In this document: in pieces, positions 24,875 through 36,500 of the stretch
How the letters are laid out: every line of letters starts with the position of its first letter
Position numbering within the stretch: the stretch's first letter is position 1
Assembly: GCA_024704765.1 (NCBI GenBank)
Contig: JAKMXF010000166.1
Location: 62,001-126,000 of the forward strand
Direction: 5' to 3'
Length of the DNA stretch: 64,000 nucleotides
Source of the DNA: Oopsacas minuta
Taxonomy: Eukaryota; Animalia; Porifera
The notes under the pieces: generated by a model
The model's input: the letters and a program-made list of their open reading frames with translations, nothing else
Databases searched by the model: none
Told to the model about the DNA's origin: nothing
Made by a program: the position numbers and the translations under genes

Positions 24875-26215
24875 CAGGGTGTTTCACAATTGATGTCGTA
24901 TTTTCTAAATTTGTTTATTATGCACCCATGCAATAATATCTGTGTATTTAAACTTGTAATCGTAATTTATCTTACAGGGTTCTATTGAGTAATTATTTCA
25001 TTCATCAATCGAAACATTTTATAGCTTCTATTTTCATATCCAAATTGGGCTAATTATTTGCATAATATAATGGTGAAAGAATACAGTATCATGATTTGCT
25101 CACAGGCTGTTGGCATGCTACAAACAAGCTGGCTCTTCTCAGAAGTTTGTGTCTCTTAAACTTGGAGTTAATATCCGTGCAGTTCAGCGTTGGTGGCGAC
25201 TTTTCAAGAATGATATGACATTAGAAACCAAAGGGGGACGTGGCCGTAAATCGTCCATATCGAAAGTTGCCAAGATTGTAATTACTAAATCAATTGGAAA
25301 AAAAACGACAGTTTGTACGTGGTCTATCCAAGAAATTGAAATTGAAAGGTCATTCCGTATCTCAGAGTGCAGTGTACCGTTATTTGACAAAAGAAAAGGG
25401 CGTAAAATTTTACAAACGCCAGCGGCAGCCGTTAATAACAGAGAAAAACATGGCTGCTAGGTTAAAATTTTGTAAAGAACGTGTCAATTGGACAACAAAT
25501 GATTGGAAAAACATATTATTTACAGATGAATCACCGTTTGAGTTAAATCATCCCCCAAACAGGAAAAATGATTGTGTTTGAGCGAGAAACACATTGGATG
25601 TCGAACCCGTTCAGATGTGGTGAAATTTCCAAAGAAAATTCAAGTATGGGGTATGATGTCACATCGTGCACTGTCGGAGTTACACTTCATTCCCGTTGGA
25701 CAAACTGTATCTGCAGAATACTATGCTAGTGAGATACTGGGTAAACTTGAATGTCTACAATGAATAGAAAGCGAGAAAGAGGCACAGTTGTTGAGAGGAA
25801 AATGTTAAAAAATATGTCCCGTGCGATATTTCAACAAGATGGCGCTCCAGCTCACACGGCAAACATGACACAAAATTGGTTGAGAAGTAACCTAAAGAGT
25901 TTTGGGCGAAAGGCATCTGGCCAGCTAACTCTCCAGACTTGAGTCCCATTGAGAACATATGGTCGATTTTGAAAGATGATCTAGATTCAATAGGTGAGAT
26001 AAAAGACATAAAAATGTTGGAAAATCGACTGAAAACAGCATGGTCCAATATTTCACCAGAGGTTTTGGACAAATTGATGGATGGACTGCCAAAACGAATC
26101 CATAAGTGTATTGAACTTAGTGGTGGATATATTGGCAAATAATTGTAGTAATATATCTAGTATTCTATTAGTTATGTAATATTGTATAACACGATATCAA
26201 TCGTGAAACACCCTG
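24875..26215 (+). mobile_element. Tc1-like DD37E transposon, 1341 bp
   Basis: 25-bp TIRs CAGGGTGTTTCAC(A/G)ATTGAT(G/A)TCGT; TA TSD. Confidence 0.95.
25070..26142 (+). pseudogene. DD37E transposase pseudogene
   Basis: LFTDES, VWGMMS, FQQDGAPAH and WPANSPDLSPIENIW motifs. After repairing a 1-nt deletion there are 37 residues between the second D and the E. Several frameshifts. Confidence 0.9.
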
Positions 26216-26778
26216 TATATGCACAATATATGCTCATGTCCCCAGTAAGCTAGCAAGAAAAACACTTAACCACAATTAAGAGGCATAATCGATTAATTTG
26301 CAACAAATTCTCATAAATAAGAAACAAAAAACAACATACAGAAACCCTGGAGGTAATCACATTTTTACATTGCATTATAGGCACCACTAATACGGGCGAA
26401 AACTGTGCTTTAGTAGAGCTAAGCTACATATATATTATTTCTATATAATTATATTTACACCTGTGACGAAATTATAAAATATTTTATTCAAATTTCTTAA
26501 TAGCTGAGGCACTAACTAGCCTAAAACGACAAGGCAGCTCCAGTGTCACCCAGATGGGTTGCCAGGTGCGGCACATGCCGCACCTAATTTACGTGTGTCC
26601 ACCAAGAGTTTCCACAGAAATGTACTACATGTGCAACAATGCCGCACCCTTTGAACGGCCCTAACTATGCCTCTGATGTCACCACAGAAGTCCATTTTAT
26701 TTCATTCTGATGGACCATGGATAATAATACGTTAACATTTTCGCTATTGTACGTAATTGCGAGTAATATCTGAGTATA

Positions 26779-26886
26779 TCTGTCCGCGTAGCGACCAATA
26801 GCACTAAGGCATTTAGCTGTTCAGTACTTTAGGTAACCTGATGAATAAAGCAGTAGCGCAGCAACTTAGCAAGCGTAGCGCGCTAG
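26779..26886 (+). mobile_element. Mini-Helitron, ~108 bp
   Basis: A|TC start and a GC-rich hairpin AGCAAGCGTAGCGCG ending CTAG|T. Similar 3' ends occur on the minus strand near 16302, 47855, 56195 and 57113. Confidence 0.6.
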
Positions 26887-27075
26887 TATTTACCTTTTAA
26901 AATCAATAATTAATTCCAAATATATTTCGCTTCAATTTTTAGTATTCAATAATCCTCAACATTAAAACCATTTAGAACCGTGAATTATAGATTCATTGAT
27001 GGACAAAATATTAACAATAATCTCATGATATAGTTCTCCCGTTTGTGAGTTGTCGCACAGACTGGATTGCAGTAA

Positions 27076-27648
27076 TCTATATTATGAAATCTCCATTGTT
27101 GTTTGTTTGTTTGTTTGTTTGTCCGTTGTCAAGGAAATGATTTATGATATGCAATTTTGAAATTGTAGTATAACTATGTATTTGTGTGTTGCCTAGGAAG
27201 TAAAGATAAGTCAATAAAACTTCATTAAAATATCGAACATGCTGAATCCGATTTTCACACTTTTGGATTAATCATATGTAAATTTTTGTTGTTTTTATGA
27301 ATATAATGTGAACAAATTATCCCAAATATCAAAATATACTTAAAGGCTTGCTCTATACAGCTACCCAAAGGTAAGTAAGTACGCAGAATCCGAATTTCGC
27401 ATTTTCAAGTTTCTTATATGTAAATTTATTGTTGTTTTCTTGAATATACAGTAAACAAATTCCAAAATTGAGGTAGAATCATACTTTTAATGAGTATCCT
27501 GGGGTAATTGAGCATGCTGAGTCTGAATATTGTAAACAACATCAATATCATTAAATCTCAATTGTTGTTTGTCTGTTTGTTTGTCCGTTGAACCTCGCCG
27601 TGCGGTGCCCCCGAGTTCATCGCAAGGCGACGAGCCGAAGGCTCTTAT
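27076..27648 (+). mobile_element. Non-autonomous Helitron-like repeat, copy 3
   Basis: A|TCTATATTATGAAATCTCCATTGTT(GTTT)n start, shared internal modules, and terminal hairpin GAGCC-GAA-GGCTC. Confidence 0.65.
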
Positions 27649-27811
27649 GCTCTTATAACTCGATCTAGCTTATATTATGCCCAACTTCCCATACCCTTAT
27701 AATTAGACCTTACAATCCGGGATTGTCATTCTTTTCTAATCCAGTGATTTGAAAAAGCATATATGTAGTCTAGGTGAATCTTGGAAGAAAAAGTGATATA
27801 TTCGTATAATA

Positions 27812-29116
27812 CAAGGTGTTAAGAAATTGATGTCCCTTTTATAACCTCCGCTATTCTCTAGTTTAATCTAAAGAGATATGGTATTACTTTCCTATGTGTA
27901 ATCTCCATGCAGTTTAGACATTTTCTAATTCGACCAGGCATCCCAGCTATGAGTCTTTCTAGTGTCTCCGGTGAGATTTCCTTCCAGGCCAAATTTAACT
28001 GTTTTTCTAAAACTTTTAGCTTGGTTTGCAAAATAGCCCAGGGGTTTTCGATAGGATTTAAGTCTGGTGAGTTCCGAGGCCATTTTCATTTGTCCAAAAA
28101 CCTCCCATACTGTTTTTCAACCACTCCTGGCTTCTTTTGGAAGTATGTGCCGGGGCTCCATCTTGTTGAAAAATTGCTTGGGACCTATCTGGCAACAATT
28201 TTCTCTATAGGATCGTCCCTGAATCTCTCGTTCGAAGTAAGCTGGATGTTAGAGACTGTTTCAATATGACTTCCACATAATAGTCTGATGTCACAGTTTG
28301 TCTTTGGGGGATTATATGGAGGTCTGAGAGTCCTTGGGATGACATCACACCCCATACCATGATTTTCCAGGATATTTGACTTTTTCAGTGGGAGGGATAT
28401 CAGCCCTGGATTTCGCCCATACACGGTCGTTTTGCTTATTCGGAGTGTGGAATAGCTCAAAAGAGGACTCATCTGAGAATAAGACTCTTTTCCAGGTGTT
28501 AATTGACCAGTCCTTCCTTTCATTGCAGAATTTTAGCCGAGCTGTCCTCTGTTTTTCTGTCAATTTTGGTTGAACCTGTGGTTTGTACGGTCGAACCTTG
28601 AGATTTTTACGTATGTACGAGTCAACTGTCACATGAGAGATAGAAAACCCCTTAGATTGGAGATTCTTGGAGATATATCGTGTAGACTTCATCTTTTTAC
28701 CGATTGTCTTAGCAATTACCACTTTAGGTACCATAGTGACGGACGTTTTCTTTCCACGGCCCTTCCTGTTCTTTGGAGACTCACCGGCCTTGAACCTCAG
28801 TAACCAGCGTCGAATGGTACGGATAGATACACCTACAACTTTAGCAACCTGATGAATCAACATACCCGCTTCTATCAAGGAAACTGCACGTGTACGGGTG
28901 TTTGGAGTCGCTTCTTTAACTATATCAATTTCTAGTATATTGTAGATAGGAATATTTGAAAATAGTGTATTTTGAGTAGAAAGAATTTTAGAAATTAACT
29001 GAGATCTAATAGTTAAAGTAATTTTGAGTATGATTATAGAGTTAAAACGTGATTCATCAAGTGAAATTGTGGTTCTATTTCATTTCCAAAAGAGACATCA
29101 ATTTCTTAACACCCTG
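27812..29116 (-). mobile_element. Tc1-like DD37E transposon, 1305 bp
   Basis: 23-bp TIRs CA(A/G)GGTGTTAAGAAATTGATGTC; TA TSD. Confidence 0.95.
27884..28925 (-). pseudogene. DD37E transposase pseudogene
   Basis: HTH region in ORF 28345-28878, then LFSDES, FQQDGAPAH and WPRNSPDLNPIENPW (D-37-E after repairing a 1-nt deletion). The start codon appears mutated to ATA. Confidence 0.9.
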
Positions 29117-29697
29117 TATAATTCATCTTTGAAAGTAACAACACAACGTTTAATAATTAGTGAGTGTGTATATGAAATTAATAATAGTGTTGGAAATTTG
29201 AATGACAAGATGAAATCTCAGCTCCGACAAGATCCATAAATTTCATGTTCTCAAACATGCATTAAAATTATCCTTAGTCGTATCGGATATGACCATATTT
29301 ATAATAGAGCACAGTTGCATTATTGATGATTCTCTGATGTATCAAAGGTACATTCTGCATACAAATACATTATACTTGTTAATATATTAAATCTTGTTAC
29401 TATGAAATACTAGAATATTGTTAACATCTATTGATTCGTACTCACAACCTGTAAGTTCTTAAGAAGTAACTTACAAGTACGAAGTACTAAAAGATAACAG
29501 TATTTCATGAATTCCTCATCGTTAACTTCGTTCAAGGGAATTATCCAGCACTAATACTCTCTAGTACAAAATCTTTCGGATCCCGGTATTGAAAATTCGG
29601 GATCGGGATTGCAAGCCCTACTTCTAATACATTTTGTTATGATATCTTAGATAATTAGGGTATTTTCCAGGCATATGCAACTTGCATAGTTGTCAAC

Positions 29698-30166
29698 CAG
29701 TGGCAGATTCTTTAAAAAATTCTGGGGGGGCAAAATGGAACTTATCAGAGCTAGTTTTTGATTTCAATATAGAATACTACACAGTACACATGCTAGATAT
29801 ATTTACCCTCATTTAAAGAAGTTAATTATGATCTCCAAAACCATCGCTGTCAGCACTGCAACAGTCGAGAGAAGTTTTAGTGCTATGAATAGAATATTAA
29901 GTTGCGCAAGATCTAGTCTTCCTAGCACTAGAGCAAGTGATTTGATGACAATTATCCGAATAGAGTAATTGTGAAAGGAATCAATTTAGATGATGTGTTG
30001 GAAAGGTGGATGATGCAGAAGAAGCGCGTGATTCCATGCTAGCTAATACGCCTACATCCTTGTAGAATTTCCTAAAAATTATATTCTTTCTTGTTTACTA
30101 GTAAATTTCAGTTATTCTAATGTTGAAACCTAGCAATTGCCCCTCCCCCCCAGGAATCCGCCGTTG
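29698..30166 (+). mobile_element. Internally deleted hAT element, 469 bp
   Basis: TIR CAGTGGCAGATTC / GAATCCGCCGTTG; TSD TTGTCAAC / TTGGCAAC (7 of 8 match); retains the hATC remnant IAVSTATVERSFSAMNRI. Confidence 0.85.
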
Positions 30167-31650
30167 TTGGCAACTTTTCAGACAATCTATCCGTTAGATT
30201 TGTTTACTAACGAAGTGGTTAAGTTTTTAGTGTTCCTTCTCGCTACGAATGTAGCACTTCGGCCGTAATTGGTTAAGATCAGTGGAATTTCAGCTAGTAT
30301 TTCAAATAAAATCGATGGCTAGTAACTTGCCGACCCAAGAAAATGTTAAGTATTCTTTATATCCTAATAAATCGGGGAATAATTTCAATTGTTCCACAAT
30401 TTTCAAGTGAGATGGTAATAATTCAAGTAAGATTGTATGTAAATACGTGGTTCTCCTCTCTTTGGATCCGTGAGACTTGATAACTATTTGCCCGCCTACA
30501 CGCTGATTAATTTCAGCTAATAAATCTCTAGGCTTACGAAAAATTGGACAAAACTCCTATATCGTAATACAAAATTTACAGTTGGCGTATAAAACCATCA
30601 GTTTGCTATTTCTGACGTATAGTCCAGAAAACCTGAAACCTGAAAATTAGTGGTAAGAGATATCATGTTAAAATGTATATTAATGGTTTGGGAAGTCAGG
30701 TGAATTCTATAAATGGGTATCAATAATTGACCTTAATAGTGACGATTTTTGAGTTGTTAGAGTATATTTCCAAAACACGTGCGATCCATGGCCTTTGCGA
30801 TAACTCAGAAACGTGCGAACTTTCTCATAGCAATGTTTTTGTATTTTGTACGGAAACGGCTTTAGCTCAATTGATATTTCAACATCTTGAGGATATATCT
30901 ATAATTAATTGACTTTCGCGTTCTACATAGTTTCAAAGATGGAACATTTTTAATGCATATTTGCCAATGAGGGTAACAAACGACATCATTCGATCAGAAA
31001 AATGATGACTTCATTTTCCATTCACATATGGTTAATTGTTACATATCGATATGTAACAATTATAAATATATATATATATCAATAATACATTTTTCATGTG
31101 AACTTATTTTCTGCGATTATTTAATTACCCATCCAATTATATACACTTCTTTTGTCCCTGGCCAAAAGTAGTGATCAAGCCTTATCTTTAATAGGTTATG
31201 AGTAGACATAGCTAAAACATATACTACTGAACAGTGGCGTGGCCAGTACGGTGCTGGGGGTGGTCTAGAGCACCGATAGTAAAATTTTTAGAACCACCTA
31301 CAGGTCTGGATTTAGATGAAGTGGTTGATATGTTTAAGTTTCAAAAGAGGGGCTGTAAGAATATATTTGTATGATCGGTGGTAATGTTTTAACTCTGTCA
31401 TAGTGTCATATTTATTCTAGAAATTCTTGAGTTTTATACAATCGGACCATTTCATAATGAAATATTCTTTGCGCCATGTACAACCTTTCAATATTATGCT
31501 TACAACCAGGGACTTCGAGAGTAAGAGTTAGGTGGGGCATTTCCCCGGGGCCCATGGCTGGGGACCTTAACCATATTCGCATTAATGAGGTTCTCCTGTA
31601 TATTTCCTAAATTGGGAATTGGTTGTTAGAGGTTCGAATTAGGCTATTAC

Positions 31651-31811
31651 CAGTGGCACCGTGCTATGTGTGCCTAGGGCCCGGGCCCCAAATATTCTCC
31701 GAGCTCCCACATCATTACTCCAAGGGACCAGAAAATGTCAACTTTCTGGGGTAATTGCTAATCAAATATATTTCTTGCGGTAGTTTCGCTCCTGGCCACA
31801 TCACGCCACTG
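31651..31811. mobile_element. hAT MITE, 161 bp
   Basis: CAGTGGC..GCCACTG termini; perfect 8-bp TSD GCTATTAC. Confidence 0.9.
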
Positions 31812-33543
31812 GCTATTACCGAAATATTTTGTCTTTTAAGCAAATAACTACAAAGCTAAACTGTTGATTGCTTGGAAAATTGTAGCTTATTGTCATCATT
31901 GGTCTGTCTACAGCAAACGGCCAAATTGGCTGTTAACAATATTTTCACCACGCCTGATTATTTCCGATGTGAAAACTATTAATTTTGCCAGTTTTTCCAA
32001 AAGTCCAAAAACCAGTCAAATTTTTTTCCGCTGAGATTTTGAGATCTTATTTTCTGTCTCAAAATGAATAACTAACTTAATTTGTTCCTCCATAGGTGGT
32101 AGAAATAGCTGTAGTTTGCTATTTCAGTGTGCAAAATTTAAAACTTTCTTGGGGTTTGCCCCCTAAGAAAATTCGGGATAGCTCGCTACGCTCGCAACTT
32201 GGTCCCCCCCTCTTGAGATTATATTCTGGATCCGCCCCTGAGTATCGTGACCTAAGTAATATAATGCCTATGACCCTGGTTCAGAGAAATAGACCTGGGA
32301 TATGTGATCAGATAGAGTAAAACTCTGAGTGACTATTATATTTCAAAATCTATCCGTTTTGCCCTAATAAATGTATTGGATAATTGTAGAGTAGCAAATT
32401 CTCAAACATAATGTGCTAAAATATTTCGGAATGTGCAAAATATGTGTCTAGTAAGTATATATTTCCTAAAATATGTTATTCTTTGATTCCTTGTCAGACA
32501 TTTAAATATTGCATCTTTCATTTCAAAGCTATATATGAAATCATCTATAAATACTATACGCAATAACAAAAATTTTACATTTTAAAGTTGTATCATTCTT
32601 AGTTTAAAGTATACACCAGGGACTACACATTTTTTAATTATCCAATTATGCTCGATAATTGTTACAATTATAATCAAACCGTGATAGCAAATTTGTAGAA
32701 ATATCCGATTTCCCATCCTCTGATAATACATTTTGAGATTAGTTATGTGACGTAATCTTGAATATACCCATATATGGAATTTTTAACATTACGCAATAAG
32801 CTTCCAGATATCATATCAAAATGTCTTATCAGTCTATGGTTAGTCGGGTGTATGCTATAATTGGCTATCGAGTTATATTGTGATATTCATAAAATGTGTC
32901 ATTCATGGCCTCTAATCTAAATCGAGAACGAGCCAACTTTTGTAGTACTACTTTTTGATATTTAGCATAAACCTAATTATAGTTCATAGTTCATCAAAGA
33001 ATAGCATCTAATTTTAAATTCTGTAAATCTACCATGTCGTCATCTGACTACGTAATATTTTTGATCTTCGATATTTACATGGTAGCATGATAACATGTAG
33101 TTGTTTCGAAAAATGTACGTTAACAGATTCTAGCAATATCTGGGAAAATATCGATGATGGACATTTACTTTTGACACTAGTTTATCCGCAATAGGTACTT
33201 ATTACTGGGTTAAATCTGCCTCGATTAATAGATGGGAAACGGTACTGATAGATTGGAAACGGTTATAATTCGACCCATAAGTAGATCACACTCTATTCCA
33301 ACGACCACTCAATTAGTGGTTACTTTACAATTTTCAGCTACAGTCACTTTTACGACTAATCTCATTCATCCATTGCATGCATTTATTTTTGTTGTCAGAC
33401 AATTGAGCACGTAAATATAACTTGTGGAATCATTTTAAGCATTCCTGATTTATTCGATCAACGTGTAATCATCCTGTAGTATTTATCTTCAATGATAATT
33501 ACTGGATTGAGATGCCCTCGAGGGTGAGATTTGGCTAATATAG

Positions 33544-36500
33544 ACGAATGTGAAGTTGGCTGAATATTCGACCAGCAGGACTTCAGCCATTAATTTGACC
33601 AACTTCCCATAGTCAGAATGTAAATATTTTTAGGCCATTCGAAAGAAGCGATACGGACGTTTCTGAAAATATATTTATACTTTATAAACTTTAATTTTTT
33701 CTAATAGAAATTGGTGTATCTAACCAGCAGTTGTTCACATATGAATTTAGTATACTTAAACAAATTATTTTTTCCTGAAATCATGGGCATGTATTCCTGC
33801 TGTATGGACGTTTATGTGTTTAAAATATTATGGTAAAATAAGCAAAACTTTTTGAAATATTTACATTTCAAAACTGGCTTGTTAGAATCGAGTCTCTATT
33901 AGATTTGTACTAAGCACACAAATTTAATGAAACATTCTAATCCATTCTAACTATAGTAACGCATATAGATTACTATAATATCAACTGGTTGATGTAATAC
34001 GAAATGATTTGTGAATCTAAATATAGTTTTATTTATTGGTGAATTGATATTCAGTTCAATAAATACGAAAACATTGATCAAAATTCACAGAATACATCAG
34101 ATTATAAGATTACATGATCCTTGCATAGTCTTGATTTGTTGTGTTACGAGTTGACCTCTCTTGTTGTACCTATACTATAATCTTGTCTAAAATTCTAAAA
34201 CAGGTTCATAGTGATTACCTGTATGTACAATATATATTGATCCATTAGCATTAGCGGGAGGCGAATTCAATACCTCATCTAATGAAGAACCTTTGCCGGA
34301 GAATACATTCCAACTATTTCCAGTCTCTTTCATAAACACCCAGATGTCAGTCTTAAGTAGAAGCGCTGCTGTAAATAGTTCCAAATCTCCACCCCATACT
34401 CCATTGCCTTTGATGTTTGTTTTATTTATATAATCTATTGTGTTCCTATAAGAATTTGGGTATTTGTTAGTAATAAATTTTCCACATTTTTCCTTTAGCG
34501 AACTTGACATACTGTCTACAATGCATTCACGTATTATATGAGAATTATCTGGCGAACCTGACACGGAATATGCTAAGGAAGAAAATTAGCAGTTCCCACC
34601 TCCAGGAATATACTGAGTTCTGCTAGGTATATAATAATTCAACGGCCTGTTCATTTGACTATTAATATTATTTATTCTTAGACTTACCCTGATATTAAGT
34701 AACGTGTTACAAATATCTAACTTTCCTGTGTGGGAGATGGGATTATAACTTGGAAGATCATAATTTAAAGTGCACAATTCTATTAATTCCAAATCTGTTA
34801 TAATTTCAACGTTATTAACTGAGAGGACAACATCTGGGCTCGTGTTTCTTACAGAATCTTTGTCAATATTCCTTTTTTTTGTGTGGAATTACAAAATCAG
34901 AATTTTTCTCTTATTATTAACTTTCCCTCCCGTTTTATTTACATTTATTGCTTCAAAAACTTTATCTACCCTACTTAGATTAGGATTGATGTAACTCTGT
35001 TGGCATTTACTTCTGCGACACCATTTTTCTTTGGAATTTTCTTCATTTTGTATTTCTAGTTTCCTTTTCCTACTTTTAAATATGTTGGTAGCCAAAGGAT
35101 GAAATCCAAAATTAAATGCATCAATTCTGTCATTCACATATTCATACATTGTACGTATAAAATCGCCAGCTCTTAGGTTTACCTTCGTTTCTAAAATTGG
35201 ATGTTTGACTATTCTGAACCAATTTTCTGCATTTGCATTACTAGCCTTACACAGGTTTTCATTGCTCCTAGACAGTATAATTCCAGTCCAAAGAGTTACA
35301 ATTGGCATATAATATGTCAGCATATATTCTAAAACTTCCAGAGAATAACATGGATTTGATCGATTGCCTTTGTGAATTACATGATCTGTGCAATTATTTT
35401 TTCTCAGAGTATCGAAATGTCTACCAAATGGTGATTTACTACGATAAGTGGTAGGATTCTCTTTCGTATCAGTATCAAGTTCAAATTTCCTTCGTTTTCT
35501 AACTGTAATTCTATTTTACCCTTCACTAAATCATTTAACTCTACTAAACTTGAACTGACAATTTCAGTTGAATGCTCAACAGATAAAACATTACACAGTA
35601 ATATGAAAAGTCGATTTATTTCTCTCATCGTAATACTTCTCAAAATTGCAGCAAAGACATGCAGGATTAGTTGTTTTAGAGTTTTATCGATTTTGAATGT
35701 TTTTGACAAGTTCTGACTCAACTTATGCATTACGTGGGCAGAACATAAATGGATTACAGTGAAGACATCCACATCAACCGATCTTTCGTCTGAATTTACA
35801 TTTCTCCAACAACTCTCTAAATACCCTAAAATACTAATTTTATTAAATGCGATACATGTGCTATGAATCAATGCCCAACTGTAATCTATTTCCACTCTTG
35901 TTATGAATATTTCTTTGTGTAGAATTAACTTTGAATTCAAGTACCATTTGTTAAGGAAGTGGGTTATCTCAGCAGCTCCTTGGTCCGAACTTATCATTTC
36001 TGCTACAGGGATAGGTGTAATGTGGTAGTCAGGATGTTGTAGAGTTAAAGCATAATAATAAATAGATTTGGTGCAAAACTGAGGTTTACGTATAATGGAA
36101 CCTGTAGCATCCAAATGCAAAACTATATCTTTAGTTAAATATTTCAACACCTCTATCTGCCTCTTCATATATAGATGCATAATGAAGGGTTCCTTAACAA
36201 AATATTGAATGTAACCAGGTATTGGCTTTTCACTCAATAACTTACGATAATATTCTTGAGTGATAGAAATATCTGTAATTAGATCATTAGAAATCTATTA
36301 GATGATATAGCTTCAGTTTTTATCTGTCTTAAGCATTCTTGACACCTCAGGTTAGAAAAATTGCCTCTACAATATTCCATTGAGCTACTTTGACAGTTGA
36401 ACTGTTTATGAAAAATATTTGTGACAGATGTGTGCTGAAGACTTTCTCCATAAATTTTTCGCAAACTACCAGATATATGACGGGCATGTACAGTCTCTCC

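Noticed and set aside
31232-32240. Single hAT element from CAGTGGCGTGG to GGATCCGCCCCTG
   Set aside because: The termini do not match and there is no TSD. These are orphan ends of different elements; only 31651-31811 has a TSD.
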